Shown one piece after another: positions 13,529 to 28,100 of a stretch of DNA of 64,000 nucleotides. The translations under genes and the position numbers were made by a program. The notes beneath the pieces were generated by a model. The model was not told where the DNA came from, did no database searches, and was given only the letters and a program-made list of their open reading frames with translations. Positions within the stretch are counted from its first letter, which is position 1. Every line of letters starts with the position of its first letter. The stretch spans positions 52,948,001-53,012,000 of the forward strand of contig NC_043001.1 of the NCBI RefSeq assembly GCF_006345805.1, read 5' to 3'. This stretch comes from Octopus sinensis (lineage: Eukaryota).

Positions 13529-14639
13529 AACAACAAAAGCTATAAAACAAATGAAATCCAAACTAAAACTAGAAGAGCAAAGAACCATGATAAAACGATG
13601 GCAAGAAAAGCCCCTTCATGGTAAATACTGGACTAAACTAAATGCAAAAGAAATAGACAAAGAAAAATCCCAGCAATGGTTGAGAAGCTCAGGACTCAAA
13701 GCAGAGACAGAGGGATTTAATAATTGCAGCACAAGACCAAAGCCTCCCCACCAGAAATTACCAAAAACATGTAATGAAAAGAAATATAACAAGTAACTGC
13801 AGAATATGTGGAGATGGACAAGAAACAGTAAATCATATTATCTCTAGCTGCCCAGTCCTGGCTAAGAAGGAATATATTCACAGACATGACAGAGTTGGGA
13901 CCTACATACACTGGAAGCTATGCTAACATTATGGAATAACAAAAGAAAAAAGATGGTATAGGCACACACCAGAAAAGGTCACAGAAAACGAGAAGGCAAC
14001 CATACTCTGGGATATGCCGATACACACAGATAGAGAAATTAAGGCCAACAGACCAGATATAGCTGTCAGAGATCATGAAGAAACATGCTTTCTAATTGAT
14101 GTATCAATACCAGCAGATGACAACGTGTCTATAAAAGAAATGGAGAAACTTACAAAATACAAAGACCTGGAAATGGAAGTAACCAGAATGTGGGATCTAA
14201 AAACAGAAACAATTCCTATCATAGTAGGTGCATTAGGCATGGTAAAAACATATTCAGACAAATACATAACAAAAACACCAGGACTTACAAACACATATAA
14301 CCTACAGAAAATTGCACTACTAGGCACTGCACACATCCTACGCAGAACACTTTCAATACAATAACCATCAGAGCATCACAAAAAATCACAGCACATACCC
14401 AAGGCACACAGAGCTGCGCTCGATAGTGAAGTGAAAGCACGCTATAAAAATAAAACTACTGAATAATAATAATAACAATAATACTAACAATAATAATAAT
14501 AATAATGTTAATAATAATAATAATAATAATTATTATTATTATTATTATTATTATTATTTAAATCTTAATAATACTAATATTAATAATAATACTTTTAGTT
14601 CCAATTGTAGAGTAAAATCCCGCTCTCCGTTATTAGGGC

Positions 14640-15004
14640 GATGACTTACTCAGTCTTTCTTCCTGTTACCTTAGTAGCTTCTAAACTGAAGTGAAGGCAG
14701 TATGTCATTTGTCTAATTATTTAACTTCTGGGAGATTTTATATAAAAATATATTAATGTGTCCATCTGTTTTAATTTAATTTAATTCTATGTCCTTGTGC
14801 AGCTGAGGATAGATCTGCATTTAAAGTGATATAATGGTTGCATTGTTCAATTAAATAGAGTTGCGCGAATCGATCGTACTGCATTACCTCTGGATATCAT
14901 TGTTGCTTATTTTGATTTTAATCACACTATTTGGAAATTATTTGGATAATGCCGTACTAAATTCTTGTGCCTCAACCTCAACTTAAGTACCATATTCATC
15001 TGAA
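14640..15004 (+). mobile_element. Right arm of the HHR-bearing inverted-repeat element, with a degenerate HHR at 14798-14883
   Basis: tgcag-CTGAGGA-...-GAATC (mutated GAAAC)-gatc-GTA-ctgca. Ends ...aagtaccatattcatctgaa followed by (TA)n. Confidence 0.75.
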
Positions 15005-15021
15005 TATATATATATATATAT

Positions 15022-15158
<137 letters not shown>

Positions 15159-16547
15159 TGTTTAGACACCATATGATACGATTATATTCAAGTTTGACAC
15201 CTCAAGCAGCACATCACATATATATTTAAATTTGTCTTTAATGATATCAATAAAACTCCAACGAGAAGTATACGATATTTATGGTACAGAGACTTTATAA
15301 TTAGTAACTACGGAAATCTGTTGATACTTCCATTCCCATAGTACCCCATTGTAGTTTGGTGAAAATGTGCTATGGTATAATTTTTTAAAAAATGATTCCA
15401 TAACTAATATTTGTTAGAATATTTGTATATTCTTTGCGTGAGACATATTTTTCTCAGCTGCATGTGCTGTATATAATGAGTAAATAAAGTCAAAATCAAT
15501 GTATGTGTGAAGGTGCATGTAAGTTTAATTGTCGCAGTGTCTAATCGATGTTTCAAAGAAAAATAAAGATTTGTGCACCTATGTTGTGTGCATACCTGTG
15601 TGTATGAATATGTATGTCCGTGTATATGTAACGCTAGATCTTATCGAATATTAATATAACACTGAAACAGCTATATACGAGCATTTTTCAAATGAGCACA
15701 TTACATAGAATGTTACAAGATGGACTTTAAGATAAACTTTCAAAACCCAGCGGTTGAGTTACCTGTGTTATTTTGTTGTCAGGTGAACCAATGCCGTCTA
15801 TTCTCATTACGTCGTTCCATATCTCATACCACAGTAACTAGTTACGTAGGCGGAGCACGTGTGGCGACAGTGAAACAAAGTAAACATCAAGTTTTTCTCT
15901 CACTAGCAAACCATTTGTCTCCGCATATATAACATGGTGGAATATGTTTGACATGCTGGTTCTTTACGAAACCTAAGTATCAATGCCTAAAATTGCATTC
16001 AAATGAATTCACCGAATTATATATCCAACAAACCTCAGCTGATCGGTTTCCCTCCCAATATACTGATAATCATCAGAACGATGACTACGTGTTTTCCTTC
16101 CAAATGAAACGATCACTAGGTTGCAAGCCATTACTATTGGTATATCAACCTATATTGGTGTGCATGGATTACAGTGAGAAAATGTGGAAGATATTTGCAG
16201 GAAAATAGGACAGATAGAGCTCAGAATAAAATCTGGTTTTATTTCATTTAAAAAAATTAACATCCAGCTAGTATAAATTGCACAATCGATCGCCAAGTTA
16301 TCATTGACAAAACTACATTCGATATGTGCAAATACAGAATACATTCTAGATACTTTTTTACAGTTAAACATTAAAAAAGAAACTAATCACGCAAGTGAAT
16401 GAATACAAAAAATTACAAATTTGTTTCGCACATACCAAGCGCAGCTGACAAAACATGAAACTAACATCAGATGTGTCAACATAACATCCACACCAAACTG
16501 GAAATTGATATGTGTAAAGATATGTGCGTAATTATTAAATATGAAAG

Positions 16548-16633
<86 letters not shown>

Positions 16634-17326
16634 TATACATATATATGTTACATATTATGAGTTAACTAACGTCTAAATAATCACAAATCGTAAGCCATAT
16701 CACAACAACCTTAAATTTAGAAAAACTCTTAGTGATAGAACTTTGTGGTATACATGATTTCAAAAATTTTTGTGCTGATCAACCCTTTTTTTTATTGTTA
16801 TCACAAAACGAAATTAACTATTTCGAAGTGACTTAAAATACCAGCAGAAACACTAGGCTGCACTTGGCCAATAGATACGGTAGGCTTATTTTTTCTATTA
16901 CAGCAGAAAAGAATTACAAATATTTGAGCATATACCAACAATTTTTTTTATGAGTTAAACATTAGAACAATAACTACTTATTGTTTTATAGTTCTGTCAT
17001 TTATGTTTTATTTGTTTCATTCATTAGGCTACGGTGATACTAGGGAAAGGTTATTAATAATTTAGTGGAATACATCGAACCTAATATATATAAGTTTTAT
17101 GTATGTCACTTATACTGTAGGTCTCTTTGGTCTAACGCTTAAGTTATGGGGATATGAACAAGTCAACACCTGTTGTCACCCGGGGGTGGGGAGACAAATA
17201 AAACAGAAAGACACTCACAAAGATACATAGAGATATGTATCTGTATTTATCCACATGTATATTTACATGTATATACATATATCACTACATGTTTGTTTTT
17301 CTATTTCTATATATCTTACATGGAAG

Positions 17327-17597
<271 letters not shown>

Positions 17598-17639
17598 TTA
17601 TATATATATATATACAACATTATGATATATGTATATGTA

Positions 17640-17700
<61 letters not shown>

Positions 17701-17704
<4 letters not shown>

Positions 17705-18710
17705 ACGAAAAATTTTTTTTAAAATGCAGAATGCTCAAATGAAAGAAAATTTTAATAAAATGAAAAATTGATAAAATATATAATATATATTTATTCAACC
17801 GGTTTTCGTCATTGTATGACTTGTCAAGAATATTTATGTTTTAAAAAGTTTTTTATAAAATTAGAAAGGGGAAAAAAAGAAAATTGCATTGTTTTTTTGT
17901 AAAAGAATAGTGATAAAAATGTACAAAAATTAAAAAATAAGTTCTCCGATACATTGTGAGTTCGTTGTGTATCTTGAGTTTTATGGTTGTTTACGAAAAA
18001 ATTACCTTGAGGTGTTTAGATCCAAAGGGATTAAGAGCATGTGTTGTGTTGTTAAATTCAGCATGTTTGCAGGACAGGAAGTAGTAGTAATTGTGGTCCT
18101 GGTTCTTCAGCTCCTGTGTTGTGAGTAAGGGGAGACAACTCTTTTGAGTTCTTCAATAAAACCCAAATTATAAAATTATCATTTTAGCTTCATTTGCGTT
18201 ATCTTTTTTATATAATTGCTTGTTAACTTAACTTTCAGATTTTAACACTTTATTTATATTATTTTCTAATTATATAAATCTGCATAGACAATTGCATTTC
18301 AAATTGTCATATCATTTATAATAAAAATGATAGTAATAACAACAATAGTAAAAATGATATTTAAAGAATATAAGTTTTAGCTTGAAGTGATGAATGCATG
18401 GTATCTTTATATAGTTGTGTTAGTCCATCCATGAAGAGTGAGGTAGAGAAAGGAAGTTTGATCAACAAAAAACAATGCAATTTTCTTTTTTTCCCCTTTC
18501 TAATTTTAAAAAAAACTTTTTAAAACATAAATATTCTTGACAAGTCATACAATGACGAAAACCGGTTGAATAAATATATATTTATATATTTTATCAATTT
18601 CTCATTTTATTAAAACTTGCTTTCATTTGAGCATTCTGCATTTAAAAAAAAAATTTCTTACTTATCATTTCTCCACGTGCGGTCAACACAACCCCACCAT
18701 TTATTGATCT
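17701..18710. mobile_element. ~1-kb element with ~200-bp inverted arms (17701-17900 / 18465-18662), each with an HHR-like motif
   Basis: The arms are reverse complements and the element is flanked by (TA)n. Plus-strand motif 18532-18572: tattc-TTGACAA-gtcat aca atgac-GAAAACCGGTT-gaata; mirror copy at 17792-17832. Confidence 0.75.
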
Positions 18711-18719
18711 ATATATATA

Positions 18720-18764
<45 letters not shown>

Positions 18765-19665
18765 ATAATACAAGCATAATAACAATATTATGATATATCA
18801 TAATAAAAATATATATAATGCGATTTAAAACGACATTTATACACAGTTCACAGAAGAATAATGAGCTAACCCACAAATCAACGCTTACACAGTTCCTTCA
18901 CATTCAATTTCAGCCTGTTTTATGAATATATATTTGTAAACAAACTGGAGGGTTTTGTAAGTTACGGAGATAGAGCAATTATGGTAGTCTATTACAGTTT
19001 CATGAAGCTAGAAATCGAAATTATTGAAATAAGATTTAACTTGCAAAATAACAAGGTCCAATTTGTGACTATTTCGTGGTTATCGTATTCTAAGTAATGT
19101 CAATCTGACATGTGGAGCCAGTAAACGATAAAGTATATTGTGGGCACTTAAGATATAAAGACTCAAGTTAAATTCAACGAACCATTTCATCTGATGCTCT
19201 CACGAATCTTTCAATCAACTACTCACGATTGATATTTCATTTTATCGATACATTAAATATGAAAATATAGCGTCCTTGGCGTGAATTAATATTACAACGT
19301 AGACTCGAAAGAAATATTCCAGGCATTTTGTACCTAGCCTTATCAAGTTGAGTTGTTTCCGATCCAATAGAAAATAATAGTTTGTATATTAACCCTTTGA
19401 ACCCTGAATGCCTTGACGCTATTTGACCCTGTGTCTGTGCTTCTGAGGCATATGTGCTAGGTTCTGACAAGGATTAAAAGCAAGGCTGTTATAATATAAA
19501 TACTATACAGTCACTAATTCTCTTGTTTTAGATGCACCATTTATGCTGCCTGGAGTGTTTTGGGACCCTCAATTTGGAGCATCAATTGGGCCTGCGCCAG
19601 TTTTCAAATCGAAAACAGAAAGAGAGGAATAAAGAAAGAGAAAAAGAAGAGAAAAGAGAAAAAGA

Positions 19666-20239
19666 GTGGCTTATCTTCAAGAGGATTAATTGGACAATTA
19701 TTTTTTGACGCAAGTGTAACTGTTCCCGTTCACCTGAACTTGCTACAACAGTTTGTCATGCCAAACATTACAGAAAACGTTGAAGATGGGTTGTTTTATT
19801 TTCAGCAAGATGGGGCACCCCCACACAGCCATCCCGATGTTATATCCTTCCTCGATGAGATCTTGCCAAACACATGGTTTGGACGAAGGGATTTCGGTGA
19901 ATACCCTCGGCGTTCACCACATCCCACACCATTCGACTATTTTTATGGAGATACCTAAACGACAAAGTCTACGCTATGAAACCTGTAACAGTCGCTGATT
20001 TTGGAGCAGCCATTGAACGACAATGCACACAAATAGCAAACGAGATGTTTCGTGATGTTTGCCATTCCATTGCTTCGCGTGGTTAATAGTGCCTGAAACA
20101 GAACGGGCGTCAGTTTGAAAACAAGACAAAACAATGGAATAATGTATGTAGCTTGTATTAAACTTTGAGCATGAAATGTATTTTAATAAACACCTACTTT
20201 ACAATTATTTAAGTTGTCTACAATTTTTGGGACAACCTG
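19666..20239 (+). mobile_element. Tc1/mariner DD41D (rosa-type) transposon, 3' fragment
   Basis: [11 protein letters not shown]...[14 protein letters not shown] with 41 residues between the second and third Asp. A frameshifted YLNDKVY follows; terminal ...tttttgggacaacctg|ta. Confidence 0.85.
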
Positions 20240-20243
20240 TATA

Positions 20244-20286
<43 letters not shown>

Positions 20287-20314
20287 TGTATGTACATATA
20301 TATATATATATATA

Positions 20315-20357
<43 letters not shown>

Positions 20358-20398
20358 ATAATTACACACACATACACACACATTATATATATATCATA

Positions 20399-20441
<43 letters not shown>

Positions 20442-21884
20442 TTAACAGCAAAATATTTTGTCTACAAACATTCAAGTAATGGATTCTTTTGATAACTGAT
20501 TAATAGCTTTGGAAAGAAGTGGGATATTATACAAAATAGGGAGACCAAAATACCGCACCGCACATAGTCTTTCTCTCATTCTCACATACATTATCTCTTT
20601 CGCTCTCTCCAGAAATCTGTCAAATATTTACATAGTTGTTGAGAGGTAAAACGTGTAAACAAGCAGGTTCACTTAAATGTACATATCCAGCTTGTCAATA
20701 ACATAAGGCCAAAGTTTTAATTGGCCTTGTGAAAACTATTATCTGTTGGCCTCTGTCACTCTGCATTAAGCTTCCACATCGCACCTTTTATTTTCTGCTT
20801 CTTGTAAGAACTACAGTTATTAATGTCATAATGCTTTACATTAATTATTTACTGTCGATTGTAGCATTGATTTAGTGACTTACTGCCTTGCAACAGGCGC
20901 CACTGTAGGTTTCACAGTTGGTTAAAACTGTTTCTTGAATCAACGACTCCTAGAAATTGCATTAAATGAGCATAAATATTTTTATCGCAGTGATAGTAGT
21001 GGTAAATTATGTCTGGGATTTCACTTCGTTTTGTCATTCTCGCGCAAAAGCTATTTGCCTGCTAGAACCAGGTTATGCACTCCGTAGAGTAAAATGTACA
21101 ACAGACAACATTTGACAACGTGTATGAATTTGAGTTTGCGTCGTTACTGCAAAAGCAAATGCGTCTACATCTGTAATATTTTATACCATTACACAGCGAC
21201 AATTCCCAAAGTAGTATAATTTGATATATCACGTATTTATGGAAAATCTCAATAAAAGAGCTATATAATTCTCTCCTAAAATAACTAATTTTAGGAATTA
21301 ATTTCATTCAGAATCACAAAATACTGCATTATTCCATTGGGGCACATCAGCATTGAGATATTGATTATTAAGTTATTGATATTAAAACGTATTTATGGAA
21401 TTAAAATTTACGCACGAACTTAAAATTCACTGTTGCAAGACAGAAATAAATTCTCTCTACTCTCACCGATACAGTTTCTCATTCATTCAATTTTCTCTCT
21501 ATCCATTTCACTCCCTTACAGTAAATTTCCTTCTATCAGCTTCCATTCCTCTCTTTCTTTCAATAATGTTTTTTTCTAAAATTCTTTATATTATTTGGTA
21601 AATTGTTAATTCCCGATACAAAGATATTTAGTGGGATATTAACTAGTTTGATGATATTAGTTCTTCTTTCACTAAACAGATAGGCAAACAGGCAGACAGA
21701 TAGATATGTATACGGATATGAATGTACATCTATGTAGTTGTGTGTGTGTGCATAGCGATAAATATCCCAACATGCACTCAATACAAATAGAAATTTCAGT
21801 ACTTTAATTAAGATGGCGTGTGGCTATTTCAGCTAATTCAGACAGGCTACCATTATACCAAACTATTTGTATAGGTATATATGC

Positions 21885-21998
<114 letters not shown>

Positions 21999-22003
21999 CA
22001 TAT

Positions 22004-22063
<60 letters not shown>

Positions 22064-22319
22064 ATTTTATATATATATTATATATTACAAGTAACAAAGC
22101 CTTTGTGATTTGCTTCTGTTCACCTAACTTGGAATCAGCACTTAAGAAACACTATAGAAAGAACCTCTATAAAATGTACAAGTCTGAATTACCAAATACA
22201 GATATCTTCATTTAGCTGGGTTGCGTTGTCTGCAAGATCCTGATGTGAAATCGTGTGTTGCAACTGATATTGTATTACGGGATGGTCATTCTTTTCCTTT
22301 TGTCAAATAAACACACACA

Positions 22320-22360
<41 letters not shown>

Positions 22361-22647
22361 CTGCACTCGTTTATTACTGTTCTTATTTTATTATAAAAAA
22401 ATTCCGTTGTCCAGAAATCTTTCGTCACAAATCTGTGACCTTTTCAGCAACACTTTTCGTTTTCGTGTGTGTTCTTGCTCCACTTATTCCACTGTGTATC
22501 CTTAAGTGTGCATGTGTTTCTATCTTTGTGTGTGTTTGTGTGTGTGTGTGTATGCGCGTGTATACATATGCATGTATGCTTGCGTGCGTGTCACAGTTTT
22601 TTTAGCAGTAGTGTGGCCTTTCTCTCAGCCGCCCCATGCGTGCATGC

Positions 22648-22680
<33 letters not shown>

Positions 22681-23749
22681 TGTATGTATGTATGTATGTA
22701 TGTATGTATGTATGTATGTGTGTATGAAGGCCTGAATATAGAGGAAACAAGCGGGCACATCCTCAAAACACTAAAGATGTATGGTAAGCACTACATATGG
22801 CAATAGACAGAAAGTTAAGTCAAGTGCTCAAGAGGTTAATCTGTGCCTTTCTTTTTTCTGACTCGGTGCTTAAAATGGGACGGACTCTAGATGTGTAGAT
22901 CGAATTGGATCAAATTGGATCAAATTGGACGTAGTGTGACGATAACTACGACTTAAATTCTTTAAAAAGAAAATGTACGCATGACGACGGAATGTAAATT
23001 GAAATTTCCAAGCGATAAATTTGTCTGTATAATAAAACCTAGTTAGAACGGTCTCAGGAGTGTTTCAATTTCAACAATATAAAAACGACTACTGAAGCTG
23101 TCAGTGTCAATACAGAGTCTGTTAATGTCATTCAGAGGAGCTGAAAGGCCTGAGTTCTAATGGGCACTGCACACCAGCTCAAATATCCAGTGTTGTTGAA
23201 ATTACAATTTTCTAGAATCGTTTGCACATTAGTAATTTTATTTCTTAAGAATATCAACACCAGGACTTAAAATTTCCCAAACGCGGGTGAAGTTTTATAA
23301 GCCGCGTCTAATTTGCCGTTCAGCTAAGGAAGCATGGATTACTTAACAAACATTTTCGCCTTGCTTTATAATGGCACAGACATGGTATTTCAAACAACGA
23401 TATTGTTAATTTCAGACAATGCACTAAACCCCTCAGTGAACTTAAATGAGAGTTCTGATAATGTGGTAGTAAGCATTATCCCCTGGAAACAACATGTTTC
23501 TCAAATAAATGAACCAATATATAGAAGATTATCGGAGATTAGACTTTCAAACAACTCATGAAATTAATTGAGGCGGAGTATAAACCTACATTTAAAGTAT
23601 TCTGGAGGATATTCAAGATAATAAATGCTGTACATAAGTAGATAAAAATATGTCTAGAGTGTATAAGTCCTCTTACATGTTACCCTGAGTGAGAAAGTCT
23701 ACATCAAATTCGGAAAGATGGAAATTTCTATAAATGACTACAAAGAATA

Positions 23750-23948
23750 TCGGTTTCAAATTTTGGCACAAAGCCAGCAATTTCAAAGGAGTGAAGCAAG
23801 TCGATTACATAGATCTCTGTATTCAACTGGAACTTATTTCATCAACCTAAGTCAACCTCGGCGGAATCTGAAATCAGAACGAAAAGTAGATGAAATGCCG
23901 CTAAGCATTATGTTCGGGGTGCTAACGATTCTGCCAGCTCGCCGCCTT
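23750..23948 (-). mobile_element. SINE family B, diverged
   Basis: Ends gctaacgattctgccagctcgccgcc. Confidence 0.8.
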
Positions 23949-24314
23949 GACTACAAAGAATATTGCTAAATTGTTGCAACTTATACAGAAAGGTTTGGAA
24001 GTAATTTTTGATGAAAATCACTAGCGCGAATGAAACAAGAATCACAAGAGGAGTTTAAATTTAGCTCAGCTCATCCGCTGAGCTGTATATAATGATGATG
24101 TGCGTCAAAATCAGAAAAAATAATAAATTAGACAAATTTTCGACCGAAAAAATGCTGATAATAAAGAACTATATGTAAGGAGATCTCATTCCAACACCGC
24201 CACTTCTCACACACAATAGTGAACATCATTCGTAGTGAGGAATAGACTCTTACCATTCTTAATTAAGAACAATTTTTCTTTAAAAATCTACGAGCAAATA
24301 TATTATACTGTGTA

Positions 24315-24817
24315 CTAGCCGGCTCCGTTGCCGTCAAAAAAAGACGTCTAAGTGTAGTATTTTATATCCAAATATGGATGGTAAATCAAATTAATATACT
24401 TGTCTATGACATCTAGTGGTTGTCTTTTGAGATGTGGCATCGGTCATCGTTTGTTACTGAAAGAACATACAAGCATTCACATACTTATATTGTACACGCA
24501 CATACATACATACATACATACATACACACATATACGCACACAGATTTGAAATGCTGTTTGATTTTTACTTTTCAGCGCTAAATGTTCCCCATCCTACGTC
24601 CACTACACACGCACGCACACACACACACACACACATACACACCACACACACACACACACAAATATAACACAAACATTCACTTACCTCCCTTTTACATACA
24701 CGCATAAATACTCGAACAGAGTTGAAACGCTCCTACTACCAGTTATTCATCTGCCTCTCATACTTTTCTGATTCATATGTTCTGACGGAGAAAAACACAA
24801 GTGTATTATTATAGAGA
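24315..24817 (-). mobile_element. Non-autonomous Helitron-like element, copy 1
   Basis: Minus strand begins TC(TCTATAATAATA) and ends with a hairpin (cgtc...gacg) followed by CTAG|T; internal CA/TACA microsatellites. Confidence 0.6.
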
Positions 24818-24818
24818 A

Positions 24819-25818
24819 CTAGCTGTCCCAGTGCCGTCAAAAATGACATCTAATTGTATTATTTTATATATGAATAAGGTACAAAACCAAGTTTTTAGTT
24901 TAATAATTCTGTTATAACCAATTTTTTTGTGTGAAAAATCTATCCGCAATTAACATCCCTTGACTCCTCGTCTCCTTCAAAATAATTTTAAAAGTTTCTT
25001 TCCTTCTTGTACGACTTCAGGACACATAAAGCTGTCCGTGAACAAATACGGGAGGTGGCAAGTCGGGAGCGGGCAAGTAAATACCAACATTTTCGAAGCG
25101 ACGTTTCCTTTTAATTGCGCACTCCATTATTGAAGCTAACCTAACGTCATGCGACTTAAAGCAACAAAAGAGTTCCCACTTATCGTTGATGTTGCAAAAA
25201 CCCCCTATTCAAAATTTATTATATAAATTTCTTAATATAAATAAATTAGGCACTGTTAAATGTGTATTTATAATATACTTTTCAACCGCTGTCGTTTTAT
25301 ATTCTTGATACACACAGGCAATAATAATTTCCTCTAATGAGTTTGTATATGTATATGTTTGTGTAAGTATGTGTGATTGTAATATTAATTTTTAACAAAC
25401 ATAGAATATGAATGATAAATCAAATTAATACACTTGTCAATGTTATCTAGTGGTTGTCTTTTGAGACGTGATATCGATCATCGTTTGTTACGGAAAGAAC
25501 GCTGGTTCACACATACAATCATTCACATACATCTATTGTACTCGCACACACATACATACATATATTCACAGAGTTGAAACGTTTTTTGATATTTCTTTTA
25601 GGTGTTGAATGTTCACCATCTCACTTCCATCCCGCACACACACATACACATACACACACACACACACACGCACACACAAACATCCACATAACTCCTTATT
25701 ACATGCACACTCATTTACTCAGAGTTGAAACGCTGACTTTTTCATCCCTTCCTTATTCATCTATCACCTCTTCCTTTCTTATTAATACTCTGTGACGGAG
25801 AAAAACACTAAAGTATTA
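24819..25818 (-). mobile_element. Non-autonomous Helitron-like element, copy 2 (longer, head-to-tail with copy 1)
   Basis: Shares the actagc...gccgtcaaaa end, the internal atctagtggttgtcttttgaga block and the tgacggagaaaaacac end with copy 1, plus ~500 bp of extra internal sequence. Confidence 0.6.
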
Positions 25819-27459
25819 CGTGTTTTTCCTCCTTTTTAAAACAAATAGCAGCCGGGACGCATTATCACGTTCTACAATGTTAAAATATCTACGCGTAAAA
25901 TCAAGAAGTATGCACGCAAGAAGCATCACTATTATTCAGTGGATCCTCGTTTGTATCAGTAAGTTGGGCAGTAAGATTTACATGCGATATCATACGTTTC
26001 CTGAGTTAGAATTTCGAATGTCGTGCTGTGGACAAGTGGGAGATTTGAGGACTAAACAACCAATAAAATGAGCGTATATATATTTAAAAAAAACGTCTAT
26101 AAATCCCAACTATGTTTCACACAGAAGAATAATTGATAAGTTTTGGTGAATTATTTTCCAAGCAATATGCTGATGTATCCATATAAACTATGAATATTGA
26201 GGTATTCGCGTTTCGGGGTAATGGGTCACGTTTTTACAATGAAGTAGAGACAAATTAAACTGAAAATATCAAATTCTGATGCACGGTGGAAATAAATGCT
26301 TGTGACCTCACTTAGAAGATCTCCCGTTACTCAGCGTTACGTATACATACCTATATTTTCAAACGGACAATATACAAAAGGAAAAAGGAAACTGAATTGT
26401 TGGCAAGTTCCTCAAAGAGTTTATCATGATTAATTTTAACGGTCCAATAGTTATGCATACACGATCGCTACACACACGAACCACACGGATTAAAAATAAT
26501 TAATTGTAGCGGGGATTTATCGTGAATGTGCCCAATTACAATTCACATAAGTTACAAAGTATTTTAGAATATAATATAAAAAGAACTAGCCACAAAAGAT
26601 TAATAATAAAAGAAAATCTAACAAAGAGCTAACGTCTGATGCAAAGTATAAAGGAAATTTCTTTTCGTGGAGCCATTTTAACACACCACATGTGTGTCTT
26701 TCTTTACTTACACACACACACCCCCTCTCTCTCTTTCTCTCTCTCTCACACACAAACACTCATATATATATATATATATATAAGCTTACATATTTACGTG
26801 CATACATATATATATGTATGTATATATGCATAAATATGTATACATACACTTTTATGTATGTATGTATGTATGTATGTAGGAATGCATGCCAGTATGATTT
26901 GGATCTTCGTTTCGAAACAGCGTCATATTTAGTTCAATCACATTCCATATAGTCACGTGTACTTTTCTTCTACTATAGCCTCAACCCAACTATTGCTTGT
27001 AAGTGAATTTATTCCATGGAATCTAGGTAGCAAATATGTGTATGTGTGTGGGCAGAGTGTGGGAGAATTTTGTAAGATTGTCATGATAATTTATATTGAC
27101 AGATCGATGAGCTTCTCAAAACTGGTCGCAGGGGAATGAGGTAAGTGAAAGCACAAACATGCTCTGACAAATAATCGCGAGCGTGCACAGACACACAAAC
27201 ATAAAATCAATCAAAAGCGCACGCTTCCATATTATTTTTCCGTTCCTTTGATTTAAACGAATTTGAAATCTTTGGAATTGAATTCACTATACACGATATA
27301 AATATAGAGTTTCACTATTTTCACTTATGCTGTATTCTATTGACAAGCCTTTTAAATTGAAAATGCGCTGATATAAATTCTTTAATTAAAGCTTCTTAAT
27401 AAATTATATTTTGATTTTAATTTCCAGATTATTATTTACTCCTAATGTTTATAGATAAT

Positions 27460-28100
27460 AAGACTGCAAGATAGCAGAATAGTTAGCACGCCGGATAAAA
27501 TGTTTAATGGAATTTCTTCTGTCTATCGGTTCTTAGTTTATATTCCGCCGAGGTCGATTTGCCTTTTATATTTTCGGAGTCGATAACATAAGCACCAGCT
27601 GAACACTGGGACTGATGTAATCGACTTAACTCTTCGCCCAACATTGATGGGCTTGCACCATTATTTAGCACTAATATTTATAGATACTGAGGCGGCCAAT
27701 TGACAGAATATTTAACTTGCCGGGCAAAACGTTTAGCAGCATTTAGCCCATCTATCCGTTCTGGGTTCAAATTAATATCGGGGTCGATAAAATAAAATAA
27801 CTACCAGTTAAACAACAGAGTTGATATAATCGTTTTACCCCTCTTCGACCTTGCTGGTCTTGTGCCAGAGTTTGAAACCGATAGTTATAGTTAATCTATG
27901 TAGAAAGCTGACAGAATAATTAGTGCACCTGGAAAATTAATAGTGGGATTTCATTTTACGTTCTGACTTCAAAATTTGAATAAGTAGCCTTTGTCATTCT
28001 TCTTTTTGAATTTGTTTCCATAAATATAAGTTGAGCAATGGGATCGATTTGATAATCTAGCACACTTCAGCAAAATTTCAGGTCTTGTACTTATAGGAGA
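27460..28100 (+). mobile_element. Cluster of three progressively diverged SINE family B copies
   Basis: Heads at ~27465 (gcagaatagttagcacgccgg), ~27689 (ggcggccaattgacagaa) and ~27907 (gctgacagaataattagtgcacc). Confidence 0.7.

Larger units (their letters stand above)
11942..14461 (+). mobile_element. 5'-truncated RLE-type non-LTR retrotransposon (R4/Dong-like), frameshifted, inserted in (TAA)n
   Basis: ORF 12146-13030 carries RT motifs (NYRPITCL, WIDYKMAFDS, FQGDTLSPLLF, YMGD in place of YMDD, YKYLG). Zinc knuckle CRICGDGQETVNHIISSC near 13798. ORF 14014-14364 has RLE motifs RPD..., LIDVSIP, EKLTKYKDL. Flanked on both sides by TAA repeats. Confidence 0.95.

Noticed and set aside
16030-16082. 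Minus-strand CTGATGA...GAAACCGATC hammerhead-like string
   Set aside because: Stems I, II and III pair poorly and there is no repeat context; likely chance.
19389-19477. TTAA-flanked piggyBac-like MITE
   Set aside because: The inverted ends are short and imperfect; no second copy in the window.
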